Shown here one piece after another: positions 1 through 8,317 of a DNA stretch of 50,648 nucleotides (its first letter is position 1; each line of letters opens with the position of its first letter). This stretch comes from Pseudomonadota bacterium. GTDB taxonomy: Bacteria; Bdellovibrionota_B; Oligoflexia; Oligoflexales; CAIYRB01. The position numbers and the translations under genes are program-made. The stretch spans positions 1-50,648 of the forward strand of contig JANOTL010000028.1 in NCBI GenBank assembly GCA_031416315.1. The letters run 5' to 3'. The notes beneath the pieces are model-generated. The model worked only from the letters and a program-made list of their open reading frames with translations, was not told the DNA's origin and ran no database searches.

Positions 1-1
1 C

Positions 2-646
2 GCCGCGCCTGCATTCGCCGATGACGAGCCTTCGCAATCCGGAACCGGCAAAGCCGCGGTCGCCAAGGAGCCCCCGCCGGCCGAGAAGCCGAGCGACAGC
101 GCCAGCAATCGCACCGGCAAGATCGCCTACGTCGGCGTCGATTCCGGTCTCCTTCTGATTTTCCCGGCCCGAGGCTTCGAAGCCGGCTACCTAGGCCTTG
201 GCCCCGATCTGGTCTTTGGTGTGAACTACCTGTCCGCGAGCATCGACGCCGGAGACGTTGGCTCGCTTTCCGCCAGTCTGCTCGGGGCTAAGGTGATGTG
301 GTACCCAGGCAACAGCTTCTACCTGTCCGGGGGTCTGGGGCAGCGTAAGTACAACTTCGACTTCAGCGTCGCGTCTCCTGTCGCTAGTCAGCCAGACTTG
401 AAAGTCAGCGCGGCGTCGTCGAGCATCGGTGCCAGCTTCGGCATCGGCAACCGCTGGCAGTGGTCGGGCTTTTGGCTCGGCGTCGAGTGGCTCGGCTACT
501 TTGTGCCCTTCTCCAGCTCCGGCGAAGTCAAAGTCCCGACGGGCACCGCCGCGAAAGATAAGAAAGAGGTCGAAGCGGAGTTCGACAAGTTGGTCAATGG
601 CGGTGTTCCGCTGTTCCTGCGCCTCGCGCTAGGCTGGGCCTTTTGA
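2..646 (+). CDS. Outer-membrane beta-barrel protein, 5'-partial
   Basis: Frame of ORF 221..646 is open back to the window edge (AAPAFA|DDEPS, signal-peptide end); alternating aromatic/hydrophobic strands; C-terminal LALGWAF barrel-insertion signal. Confidence 0.65.
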   Translation, partial: AAPAFADDEPSQSGTGKAAVAKEPPPAEKPSDSASNRTGKIAYVGVDSGLLLIFPARGFEAGYLGLGPDLVFGVNYLSASIDAGDVGSLSASLLGAKVMWYPGNSFYLSGGLGQRKYNFDFSVASPVASQPDLKVSAASSSIGASFGIGNRWQWSGFWLGVEWLGYFVPFSSSGEVKVPTGTAAKDKKEVEAEFDKLVNGGVPLFLRLALGWAF

Positions 647-821
647 GACGAGCTCAGCCGCAAATGGCGCCGCCGGTCAAGACGACCCACGCCGTCCCGT
701 TGTGAAAGCATAGGGCGTTGGACGAGACGTAGTAGAGGTCGCCTGCTCCGGGCGACGCCGGCGGTGCATCGACTGGCCCGAGACGCTTGGCGTGCCCGCG
801 AATAGATTGCGCAGCCGCTCT

Positions 822-1187
822 CTACTTCACGAGCCCCATTCCCTTCGCCTTCTCCATCATCTGCGCCTTCTCCTCCTCCGGCATGTTCCGAAACATCTCC
901 TCGAACTGACGGAGCTGCTCGGGCGGCAAATTGCGGAGCATAGCCTCTGCTTGCTTCAGCATGTCGTCGCGGGAGAAGAAGATGATCTTGTCGTTGGTTT
1001 TCTCGTGCGCCACGCCGCGTTCGGCGAGCTGCTCGAGCGCCTTGTTGAAGTTCAGGCCCTTCTCGTGCGCGACCTCATACATCTTCTCCAGCGGCAAGGA
1101 CACGCGCTTGTCCGGAAAGCCGTTACGCTCGAGGATGCGGTTGAGGTTGTCGAGAAAGGGCTCGTAAGCCGTGTTAAGGTCCGTCAT
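822..1187 (-). CDS. Hypothetical helical protein (121 aa)
   Basis: Protein-like composition, GC3-biased codons; divergent from the AKR gene with a 17-bp gap. Confidence 0.7.
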   Translation of the reverse strand: MTDLNTAYEPFLDNLNRILERNGFPDKRVSLPLEKMYEVAHEKGLNFNKALEQLAERGVAHEKTNDKIIFFSRDDMLKQAEAMLRNLPPEQLRQFEEMFRNMPEEEKAQMMEKAKGMGLVK

Positions 1188-1204
1188 GCGGGGGAATATA
1201 TACC

Positions 1205-2029
1205 ATGAGCCGCGTCCCGAGCATCCTCTATGGAACCGCCTGGAAAGAAGAGCGCACGCGCGGCCTCGTTGAGTTGGCGCTCGCCGCCGGGTTCACCGGC
1301 TTCGACACGGCGAATCAGCGCAAGCACTATCACGAGGCCGGGGTAGGGGAGGCGGTCGTGGCGGCCATCGAGGCTGGCTCGGTGCGGCGGGACGACCTCT
1401 TTCTCCAGTCGAAGTTCACGCATCAGCGTGGCCAGGATCACCGGCTCCCCTATGATCCGCAAGCGAACGTGGCCGAGAAGGTGCGGCAATCGTTCGAGAG
1501 CACGCTCGAGCACTTCCGCACCGACTTCCTCGACTCCTACGTCTTGCACGGCCCTTCGGCCGCGCAGGGCTTCACCGACGACGACTGGGAGGTGTGGCGA
1601 GCGATGGAGCGCCTGCATGCCGAAGGGAAAGCCAAGCGGATCGGCGTCTCCAACGTCAACCTCGGCCAGCTCCAGCTCTTGCTGAAAGAGGCGAAGGTGA
1701 AGCCGGCCTTCGTGCAGAATCGCTGCTACGCTCGCACGCGCTGGGATGCGGCGGTCCGCGAGACCTGCGCGGCCCACGGCGTCGTCTACCAAGGCTTTTC
1801 CCTCTTGACGGCGAATGCCGCCGAGCTGCAAAGCGTCGCTGCTCAGTCGATCGCGCGCCGCACGGCGCGGCCCATCGCGGCCGTCGTCTTCAACTTCGCC
1901 ATGCGGGTCGGCATGCTACCACTGACCGGAACGTCGGATCCGGCGCACATGCGCGACGATCTGAGCGCACGCGACTTCGAGCTGACACCCGAGGACGTAG
2001 CGACGCTCGAAGGCATTTCCGGCCGTTAA
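1205..2029 (+). CDS. Aldo/keto reductase
   Basis: FDTANQRKHY, LFLQSKF, LDSYVLHGP, GKAKRIGVSN, PAFVQN motifs. Confidence 0.9.
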   Translation: MSRVPSILYGTAWKEERTRGLVELALAAGFTGFDTANQRKHYHEAGVGEAVVAAIEAGSVRRDDLFLQSKFTHQRGQDHRLPYDPQANVAEKVRQSFESTLEHFRTDFLDSYVLHGPSAAQGFTDDDWEVWRAMERLHAEGKAKRIGVSNVNLGQLQLLLKEAKVKPAFVQNRCYARTRWDAAVRETCAAHGVVYQGFSLLTANAAELQSVAAQSIARRTARPIAAVVFNFAMRVGMLPLTGTSDPAHMRDDLSARDFELTPEDVATLEGISGR

Positions 2030-2658
2030 CTGCCGCTCGCGACGGCGGAGACTTTGCGGCTCTTTGACTCGGAAGCGGCGTAACGGTTCTCCCGGCAGCT
2101 CGGCATCGGCTCGTCCCCCGCGAGGACGGCCTCCAGGCGCGCCCGCTCGGGATTCACGAGGAAGGGCTCCAGGGGCTGAGCTAGGCGCACGATCTGCGGC
2201 AGCAGGCTCTCGACCTCTCGGTCCACGGATGCGGCGATCGCGTCGAGGTCCGCGACGCTGACGAAGCCGCGGCAATCGGGCGCGCCACAGCGGCAGTCGA
2301 ACGACTCGCGCATGTTCAAAAAGGCGTAGTCGCAGGTGATCTCATCTCCGGGCTTGATGTCGCGCCGCGCGAAGTCGCACAGAGTTCCCACCGACAGCGT
2401 CGCGGAGACGCACGAGTGGTTCATGTAGCGTGCGTGGTCCCAGCATAGGATGTGGCGCCCTTGCGCGTCGCGATAGGCGTAGCGAGCTAGCGTCGGGACG
2501 AGGGCCTGTGGCAGCTTCGCTGCCTGCTCGCGCGTCAGCACGATGTCGAGGGCGTCCCTGACCCAGATGATCGTGCCTTGGGGGATGCGTTCGGTGGCGA
2601 AGACACCATATCCGACCTCGTCGGAGACTTTACGCAACTCGGTCGCAGGGTGGAGCAT
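2026..2658 (-). CDS. SET-domain protein-lysine methyltransferase with post-SET motif
   Basis: GYGVFATERIPQG, ARYMNHSC, ARRDIKPGDEITCDY, CRCGAPDCRG; start set to ATG 2658 (MLHPATELR). Confidence 0.88.
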   Translation of the reverse strand: MLHPATELRKVSDEVGYGVFATERIPQGTIIWVRDALDIVLTREQAAKLPQALVPTLARYAYRDAQGRHILCWDHARYMNHSCVSATLSVGTLCDFARRDIKPGDEITCDYAFLNMRESFDCRCGAPDCRGFVSVADLDAIAASVDREVESLLPQIVRLAQPLEPFLVNPERARLEAVLAGDEPMPSCRENRYAASESKSRKVSAVASGS

Positions 2659-2794
2659 CGTGTGCGGAGTCCTATGTGACGGCGGCAAAGGGTTCGCCTT
2701 CTGCAAAACCCTAGTACGAATACGCGAGCTTCAACACAAAATAAAGATTCGTCTTTCTGCCGCGCCTTGCCGCCGCGCCAGCCCGCCGCTCGGC

Positions 2795-2822
2795 TCAGCC
2801 GTAGGCCCGATCCTGCCGATCC
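2795..2822 (+). promoter_or_regulatory. sigma28-like promoter
   Basis: TCAG-N16-GCCGATCC, 41 nt before ATG 2864. Confidence 0.5.
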
Positions 2823-2863
2823 GCTGGACGCCCCGCCGCATGGGCCCGCCAGGAGCCGCCGCC

Positions 2864-3673
2864 ATGATTCCCTTCTGGATCTACGACCTCCCCGAGCTCG
2901 CCGCCGCGGTTTTGATCGTCCTCGGCACGCTTGCCGTTGTCGTCCTCGGCCACTGGCTCGCCCGGAGAGTCTTCCCGGTTGATGTTCCCGAGGATCGCCG
3001 CGGTTTGGCGATGACGATGCTCGGGCTCGTCGCCACGATCAACGGCCTCCTCGTCGCCTTCTCCGCCGTCTCCGTTTGGGAGTCTTTGAGCGGCGCCGAC
3101 GCGGCCGTCGCCAACGAGGCCAACACGGTCGGCGAGCTCGCCCGCGACTTGGCCGTCTTCGACACCGCTGAGTCGCAGGCGGCGCGAAAGCTGCTTGGCG
3201 TCTACGTTCAGGACGTCATCACCACCGAGTGGCCCGCCATGGCGCGCGGTGAGTCCGTCGAGCAGGCCTGGAAGGAGCTTGACGCCACCTTTCGCGCCAT
3301 CGCCAAGCTCGACCCCGACACGCCGCGCCACGTCGCCCTAATGCCGGAGATCTGGTCGCGCGCCAACGAGATGGTAAAGCACCGGCGCACGCGCGTCTTC
3401 GCCAGCCAGGCCGAGGTCCCGTCCATGCTTTGGGCCGTCATCTTGCTGGGCTCTTTCATCAGCTTCGCTTTGATGTACGTTCTGCCTTTCGACCGTTTCC
3501 ACGTCGTCATGGTCGGCAGCTATGCGGCGTCGATGGGGCTCGTCTTTTTCTTCATCGTGATCATGGACAAGCCGTTTGCGGGCCAAGAGGCGATCACGCC
3601 GGCGGCGATGCAGGCCGCTTTGGACGGGATGCAGAGGTGGGACCGCGAGGTGGAAGAGGGCTCGGCGCATTGA
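2864..3673 (+). CDS. DUF4239-like (bestrophin-like) membrane protein
   Basis: TM pair, GLLVAFSAVSVW..A..AV..EA, helical soluble part, RRTR..VP.MLW, second TM pair, MDKPFAG; start moved to ATG 2864. Confidence 0.75.
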   Translation: MIPFWIYDLPELAAAVLIVLGTLAVVVLGHWLARRVFPVDVPEDRRGLAMTMLGLVATINGLLVAFSAVSVWESLSGADAAVANEANTVGELARDLAVFDTAESQAARKLLGVYVQDVITTEWPAMARGESVEQAWKELDATFRAIAKLDPDTPRHVALMPEIWSRANEMVKHRRTRVFASQAEVPSMLWAVILLGSFISFALMYVLPFDRFHVVMVGSYAASMGLVFFFIVIMDKPFAGQEAITPAAMQAALDGMQRWDREVEEGSAH

Positions 3674-3711
3674 TGGGCCGATGTCCGTGCATCGACGTGA
3701 GCGCTGCCGCG

Positions 3712-3748
3712 ACGGCCTCGGGCAAACGCCTAGGCCGTTTTATTTTTT
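3712..3748 (+). terminator. Rho-independent terminator
   Basis: ACGGCCT..AGGCCGT stem followed by TTTATTTTTT. Confidence 0.7.
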
Positions 3749-3854
3749 CATGAGATTTCCGCTAGTTAAATTTGCCTGGCTACCCAGCCAACTCGGAATG
3801 TGCCACTATCGTTCCACATTTCCCAGTCATTACATTTTTTGGAAAGAGGCACGC

Positions 3855-4832
3855 ATGCGACACTTCGCTACGATCGTCAGCTCGCTGCTGTTGGTGTCTT
3901 CCTCGGCGTTGGCAGAGGGTCACAAGAAAGGTGATCCCTTTATGCCGAAAAACGACCTGCATCTGCAGGATCGTCTCGACGGCAAAGGCGGCATCACCGC
4001 GGCCCAATTCAACTCGGTGATCGACAAGGCCGAGCGGATTTGGAAGCCCCTCTTCGAGCAATTCGGCGCGACCTTCTCCGTCGACCGCGCTTGGGACGAC
4101 TCGACCGTGAACGCGTATGCGGACCAGTCGGGCAACAACTGGAAGATTCACATGTTCGGCGGACTCGCGCGTCGCGCCGAAGTCACCGAAGACGGCTTCG
4201 CCATGGTCGTCTGTCACGAGATCGGCCACCACCTCGCCGGCTTCCCGTTCGTCGAGCAGTGGGCCTCGAACGAAGGTCAATCCGATTATTACGCCACCAG
4301 CGCTTGCGCTTGGAAGCTCTTCAGCACGAACCTCGAGCTCGCCGCGAAGGCCGAAACCGAGCTGCCGGCCGGGATGAAGCAAAAGTGCGACGACGCGCAC
4401 GAAGCGGTCGGCGACCGCGATTACTGCTACCGCGCCCTCAGCGCCGGCAAGTCCTTGGCCGACCTTCTTTCCGCGCTCAACAACGGCACGGTCTCCTTCG
4501 ACACGCCGGACACGTCGACCGTCTCGCGTACGAACCACCAGCACCCTGCGGGCCAGTGCCGTCTCGACACCTACGTCGCGGCCGCGCTCTGTGGCACCGA
4601 GAAGTGGGATCACACGCTCATCCCGGGCAAATCCTTCTCCAATCGCAACTCGATGGACGCGCAGCAAGAAGCGTTCGATCACAGCTGCACCGAAGGCGCC
4701 AGCTCGCGTCCGGCCTGCTGGTTCAAGGCCGTCGACGGCAGCGAGCCCGAGCCGACCGAGTGCCCGTTCGGCGACCCGATGATCTGCGAGCTGATGTGCA
4801 CGTTCGACCCGTCGCAGCCTTGGTGCAACTGA
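3855..4832 (+). CDS. Secreted zinc metalloprotease (HExxH, M48-like), Cys-rich C-terminus
   Basis: Signal peptide MRHFATIVSSLLLVSSSALA; VNAYA, CHEIGHH, NEGQSDYYA, HPAGQCRLDTY; RBS GAGG. Confidence 0.8.
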   Translation: MRHFATIVSSLLLVSSSALAEGHKKGDPFMPKNDLHLQDRLDGKGGITAAQFNSVIDKAERIWKPLFEQFGATFSVDRAWDDSTVNAYADQSGNNWKIHMFGGLARRAEVTEDGFAMVVCHEIGHHLAGFPFVEQWASNEGQSDYYATSACAWKLFSTNLELAAKAETELPAGMKQKCDDAHEAVGDRDYCYRALSAGKSLADLLSALNNGTVSFDTPDTSTVSRTNHQHPAGQCRLDTYVAAALCGTEKWDHTLIPGKSFSNRNSMDAQQEAFDHSCTEGASSRPACWFKAVDGSEPEPTECPFGDPMICELMCTFDPSQPWCN

Positions 4833-4868
4833 GCTCGTCGCGCGCCTCGAGATAGAAATGAATGACGG

Positions 4869-4907
4869 ACGGCCGGCGCCCTTTGGGCAGCCGGCCGTTT
4901 CTCCTTT
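4869..4907 (+). terminator. Rho-independent terminator
   Basis: ACGGCCGGC..GCCGGCCGT stem then TTCTCCTTT. Confidence 0.65.
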
Positions 4908-4958
4908 GCGGCTCAAGGTCCTCGCGCACGCCGGCGCCAGCTGCCCATCGTCTGGCGT

Positions 4959-4986
4959 TAAGCGGTGGCAGGAACCCCTCCGATCA
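4959..4986 (+). promoter_or_regulatory. sigma28-like promoter
   Basis: TAAG-N16-TCCGATCA upstream of ATG 5044. Confidence 0.45.
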
Positions 4987-5043
4987 TGCTTAGATCGCGC
5001 TTGTTCCTCCTATACCCTCACTCTACGAAACGAAGGGGATCAA

Positions 5044-5478
5044 ATGAGGCGGCTCCTACTCGCAACAATTCTTGCCGCCTCTTCTTCGAAGGTCGCGATG
5101 GCGGCAGAAATCGATCAATCGATCGACCTGAGCAGCGTTTCCTGCACCGGCAGCCATGCGCACATCTTTTTCATCGCGGGGCGAAACATTCGCCTTGAAT
5201 CAATGACCCGTCTCCTTCGGTCGTTGGATGGACAGAGCTCTCTCGAACGAATCTACTCCTTCGATCCGGTGAGCGATGTCTTCGTCAGGGAGGACGGACA
5301 AATGCTCATGATAGCGTTCCAGCGCCGGGATCCCTCGCACATCCTTCGCTTGGTGAAGTTCGAAATCGCGAATTTCCATGGCGAAACGCTGCTGATGGAA
5401 ACCGCGGACCACGGCATAGACCTCGATCTTGAAAGACGCACTTTCGCATCCTCCGGATTCTTCGAGTGTCGGTGGTAA
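5044..5478 (+). CDS. Hypothetical secreted protein
   Basis: RBS GGGGA, signal peptide MRRLLLATILAASSSKVAMA; visibly lower GC than flanks. Confidence 0.55.
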   Translation: MRRLLLATILAASSSKVAMAAEIDQSIDLSSVSCTGSHAHIFFIAGRNIRLESMTRLLRSLDGQSSLERIYSFDPVSDVFVREDGQMLMIAFQRRDPSHILRLVKFEIANFHGETLLMETADHGIDLDLERRTFASSGFFECRW

Positions 5479-5582
5479 GGAGCGAGCCGGTAGACCGCGT
5501 GCAATGCTCCCGGCCCGAATGTCCATCGCCCGGATTGGGGCATGTGACCCCGCCGGCGGGCCGGCGCTGAGGCTCGCAACCC

Positions 5583-6698
5583 TCAAGGCTGCTCGCCGAC
5601 GCAGAGGATGCGGCCGACCGTACTGCAGGCGCGCAGGATCTCACGGCGCCCCTTCGAATAGGGCGTGCTCATCAGGCCGTTTTCATCCGTCGCAGCCGAG
5701 GTCCAAGCGGAGCAGTCGGCCGCGCTGCGGTCACCCGTGGCCGTCGTGCCCGTCCATACTTCGGTGACGAGTCGCTCGGTGCCGTCGATCTGGACGAGCT
5801 TCGTCGTGGGATCGATGCCGGTCTGCGTCGGGAACTTGTGGCTCGTCTGCCAGTTGACGGTCCAAAAATCGCCGTCGTCGTTGACGAAGCTGCCCTCGAA
5901 GTCGAGGACGTAGGAAGTCAGAGGAAACCGTTCCCTGACCGACTGCGTCGGCGTCGCGAGGAAGGCGCGCCACGAGAACGTAGGGTCGACCTTGGCGCCG
6001 GCGTTCGCACAGTAGGCGTCGCCGACCGCGACCGTGAGATCGCCGCGGAAGAGGTCGTCGGAGGCGAACATCACCGCAAGCTTCGGGTCCTTCCGCAGCT
6101 CCGCGATGTGCTTTTTCGCGTCGTAGCCGACTGGATCCACGAGGGCGTTGATCAGACCGGTATAGAAGCGCAGGAACTCTGTGAACAGCGGATCGCCGCG
6201 CCAGTCGAAGTCGGTCGCGGTCGTCGCGGCCTTCAAAGGCTTCCCCGCCACGGCGAACGAGAGCTCGATCCTCGCGAGCGACGCGACGGTTGTTTGGTCC
6301 GCGGCAAAACCGACTTGCCAGGGCGAGCTGGTGTTGGTCTTCGCGACGGCGGAGACCTCGAGCGCCCCCGCCGTCGTTTCGGCGGTGACGCGGACGTCCT
6401 TCGCGTCGACGAGCTTCCCGGCGGCGTCGCGAACGATGCAAGCGACGAGACCGGCTTCGGTCACGGCCTCGTTCTTGACGAAGCTCTCTTCCGTGTCGTC
6501 CGAGCACTGCGCCGTCAAGTTCAGGAGTGCCGGCTCCTCGACGGCGGGCTCCGGCGGCGCCGGCGTCGTCGTCGTCGCCGGCGGGGTCGCCTCGGTCGCC
6601 TGCACGCTTTTGCCGGCACCGTCGCTTGCGCCGCCGCTGCATGCGGCTGAGGCGACGACGGTCAGGAGCAGGGAGAGGACGTTTCGGTCGGGGCGCAT
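5583..6698 (-). CDS. Lipoprotein: shared N-terminal domain plus C-terminal DUF1554/endostatin-like domain
   Basis: Lipobox-like ASAAC; GDAYC, WRAFLA, VWTG, DCSAWTS, C..GRILCV typical of DUF1554-like domains; start set to ATG 6698. Confidence 0.7.
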   Translation of the reverse strand: MRPDRNVLSLLLTVVASAACSGGASDGAGKSVQATEATPPATTTTPAPPEPAVEEPALLNLTAQCSDDTEESFVKNEAVTEAGLVACIVRDAAGKLVDAKDVRVTAETTAGALEVSAVAKTNTSSPWQVGFAADQTTVASLARIELSFAVAGKPLKAATTATDFDWRGDPLFTEFLRFYTGLINALVDPVGYDAKKHIAELRKDPKLAVMFASDDLFRGDLTVAVGDAYCANAGAKVDPTFSWRAFLATPTQSVRERFPLTSYVLDFEGSFVNDDGDFWTVNWQTSHKFPTQTGIDPTTKLVQIDGTERLVTEVWTGTTATGDRSAADCSAWTSAATDENGLMSTPYSKGRREILRACSTVGRILCVGEQP

Positions 6699-6727
6699 GG
6701 TCCTGAGACCTTTCGTCATTCCGGTGT

Positions 6728-6755
6728 TTGTCGGGCATTTTTCCGCCCGACTTGA
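6728..6755 (-). promoter_or_regulatory. sigma28-like promoter
   Basis: TCAA-N16-CCCGACAA on minus strand. Confidence 0.5.
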
Positions 6756-6766
6756 GCCTCGGGCCC

Positions 6767-8104
6767 TTACCGCAGTCCGATTCGGATGGTGCAGGCCGCG
6801 CCGAGCGCGACGCCTTTGGCGTCCAGGGCTTGGAAATCCATCCACACGATCGGCGCGCCGACGGCGGCGGTCGGGGGGATGAAGTCAGCCAGGGGGCGGC
6901 GCGTGATGCGCGTGCTCTCGGTCTCGTTGTCGGTCGTCGCGTCGAGGATCCCACCCCAGCCGTCTGAGGCGGGCAGGGCCGGGTGGTCGTCGAAGTTGAT
7001 GGTGGTCTTGAACGTGTCGACCTTGGCGGTCTCGAGGACGATGCCGTAGATCTTGTTGGCGTAGGCGCCGCCTTTGTTGAATACGTGCTTCGACAGAACG
7101 CACACGCCCTTCAACAGGGCGGCGTTGGCCGCGCCGCGCGAGCGCTGTTCGTTCGGGACCGGGATCGTGACGTAATAGTTGATTTGCTGGTCGATTGCTT
7201 GGGCCATCGCGACCAGCGCATGCTTCGTGTCGCGCCACTTGTCGCTACGATGATGGAACTCGCCCGAATAAGTCTTGTGCGACGCATACAGGTAAGCGCG
7301 GCCGATGTCGGCGCGGCGGGATTGCAGATTCGCGATCGCGGCCTGCGCTTTGTGATAGCGGACCTTCTCGGCGTTGAAGATCTCGTCGCCTTTGGCGCGC
7401 GCTGCGTTGGCGAGCGCCGTCTTCTCGGCGGGAGTCGAAGCCGGCTGCGGCGCGGCGCAGTTCGAGGTCGGAAAGGGGATGATGTCGCGTGCCGCGGTGT
7501 ATATGCCGAGGCGGGCGGTGCAGCCCACCGGCTCGACGTCGGGCGTTGCGGCCGTCGTCAGCTTGTTCGTGAAGGTGATTTCCTCGTCGCCGACCGTGAG
7601 CGCGGTGTCGACAACGTCCGCGACTTTTGCCTTGTCGAGCTCGGCGAGGAGCTTGAGGTCGTCGACGGGGACCGTGACCTCCTGCGCCGTCGTGCCGCAG
7701 AAAAACTTCAGCGCCGCTTGGCCCTGATCGATCTTGGTCACCGCCACGACCTCGCCGGCCGCCAGGCTACACGCTTCGGTCTTCAGCTCGGAGCCGATGA
7801 CGGCGAAGGCCGGATCCGCCAGGCCGAGCGCGGCCTGATCTTGGAGGGCGCCGGCGTCTTTCACGACCCCGACGTCGCTCGGCTTCGGCTTCGCCGGAGT
7901 CGGGGAGGCGGGAAAGACCGCGGAAGCCGTCGTCGCGGGGATGAGCTTCTGCGCGAGCGGCGCGTCGTCCTCGCCGTCCGCGGCGTCGGTAGAACCCTGG
8001 TCGCCCGCCTCGTCCGCCCGATCCTTCTTCTCATGCGCCGCCGTCTTGATGCTGCCGCAGCCGGACAGCAGCACCAGCATCGTCATCGTCGTGATCGCTT
8101 TCAT
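6767..8104 (-). CDS. Hypothetical lipoprotein (445 aa)
   Basis: Lipobox LLSGC, RBS AGGAG, acidic linker, helical mid-region. Confidence 0.75.
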   Translation of the reverse strand: MKAITTMTMLVLLSGCGSIKTAAHEKKDRADEAGDQGSTDAADGEDDAPLAQKLIPATTASAVFPASPTPAKPKPSDVGVVKDAGALQDQAALGLADPAFAVIGSELKTEACSLAAGEVVAVTKIDQGQAALKFFCGTTAQEVTVPVDDLKLLAELDKAKVADVVDTALTVGDEEITFTNKLTTAATPDVEPVGCTARLGIYTAARDIIPFPTSNCAAPQPASTPAEKTALANAARAKGDEIFNAEKVRYHKAQAAIANLQSRRADIGRAYLYASHKTYSGEFHHRSDKWRDTKHALVAMAQAIDQQINYYVTIPVPNEQRSRGAANAALLKGVCVLSKHVFNKGGAYANKIYGIVLETAKVDTFKTTINFDDHPALPASDGWGGILDATTDNETESTRITRRPLADFIPPTAAVGAPIVWMDFQALDAKGVALGAACTIRIGLR

Positions 8105-8196
8105 GCACGAGCTCCTAGTAAAACCGGCGCCTCGTGGAGAGCGGCGCCTGGGTGACTAGGAGCGAGGACCCGCGGGTCCCGAAAGCATCTAGAAGC

Positions 8197-8224
8197 TTTT
8201 CGGGCGGCCGCCTCAAAATCCTTA
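8197..8224 (-). promoter_or_regulatory. sigma28-like promoter
   Basis: TAAG-N16-CCCGAAAA on minus strand. Confidence 0.45.
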
Positions 8225-8283
8225 AGAGTTTCGATTATCTGTTTAAATTCTGGAAGTTAACGAATGGAATTTCCGTCCCGCCC

Positions 8284-8311
8284 TCAGCCCTCCCACAACT
8301 CGTGCCGATCG
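8284..8311 (+). promoter_or_regulatory. sigma28-like promoter
   Basis: TCAG-N16-GCCGATCG, 6 nt before ATG 8318. Confidence 0.5.
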
Positions 8312-8317
8312 GTAAGA

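Noticed and set aside
3712..3748. GGGCAAAC as a c-di-GMP-I riboswitch
   Set aside because: No following GAAA loop or GACGCAAA; fully explained as a terminator hairpin
3767..3794. TAAA-N16-GCCAACTC as a sigma28 promoter
   Set aside because: Spacing fits but the -10 lacks the CCG core; not counted
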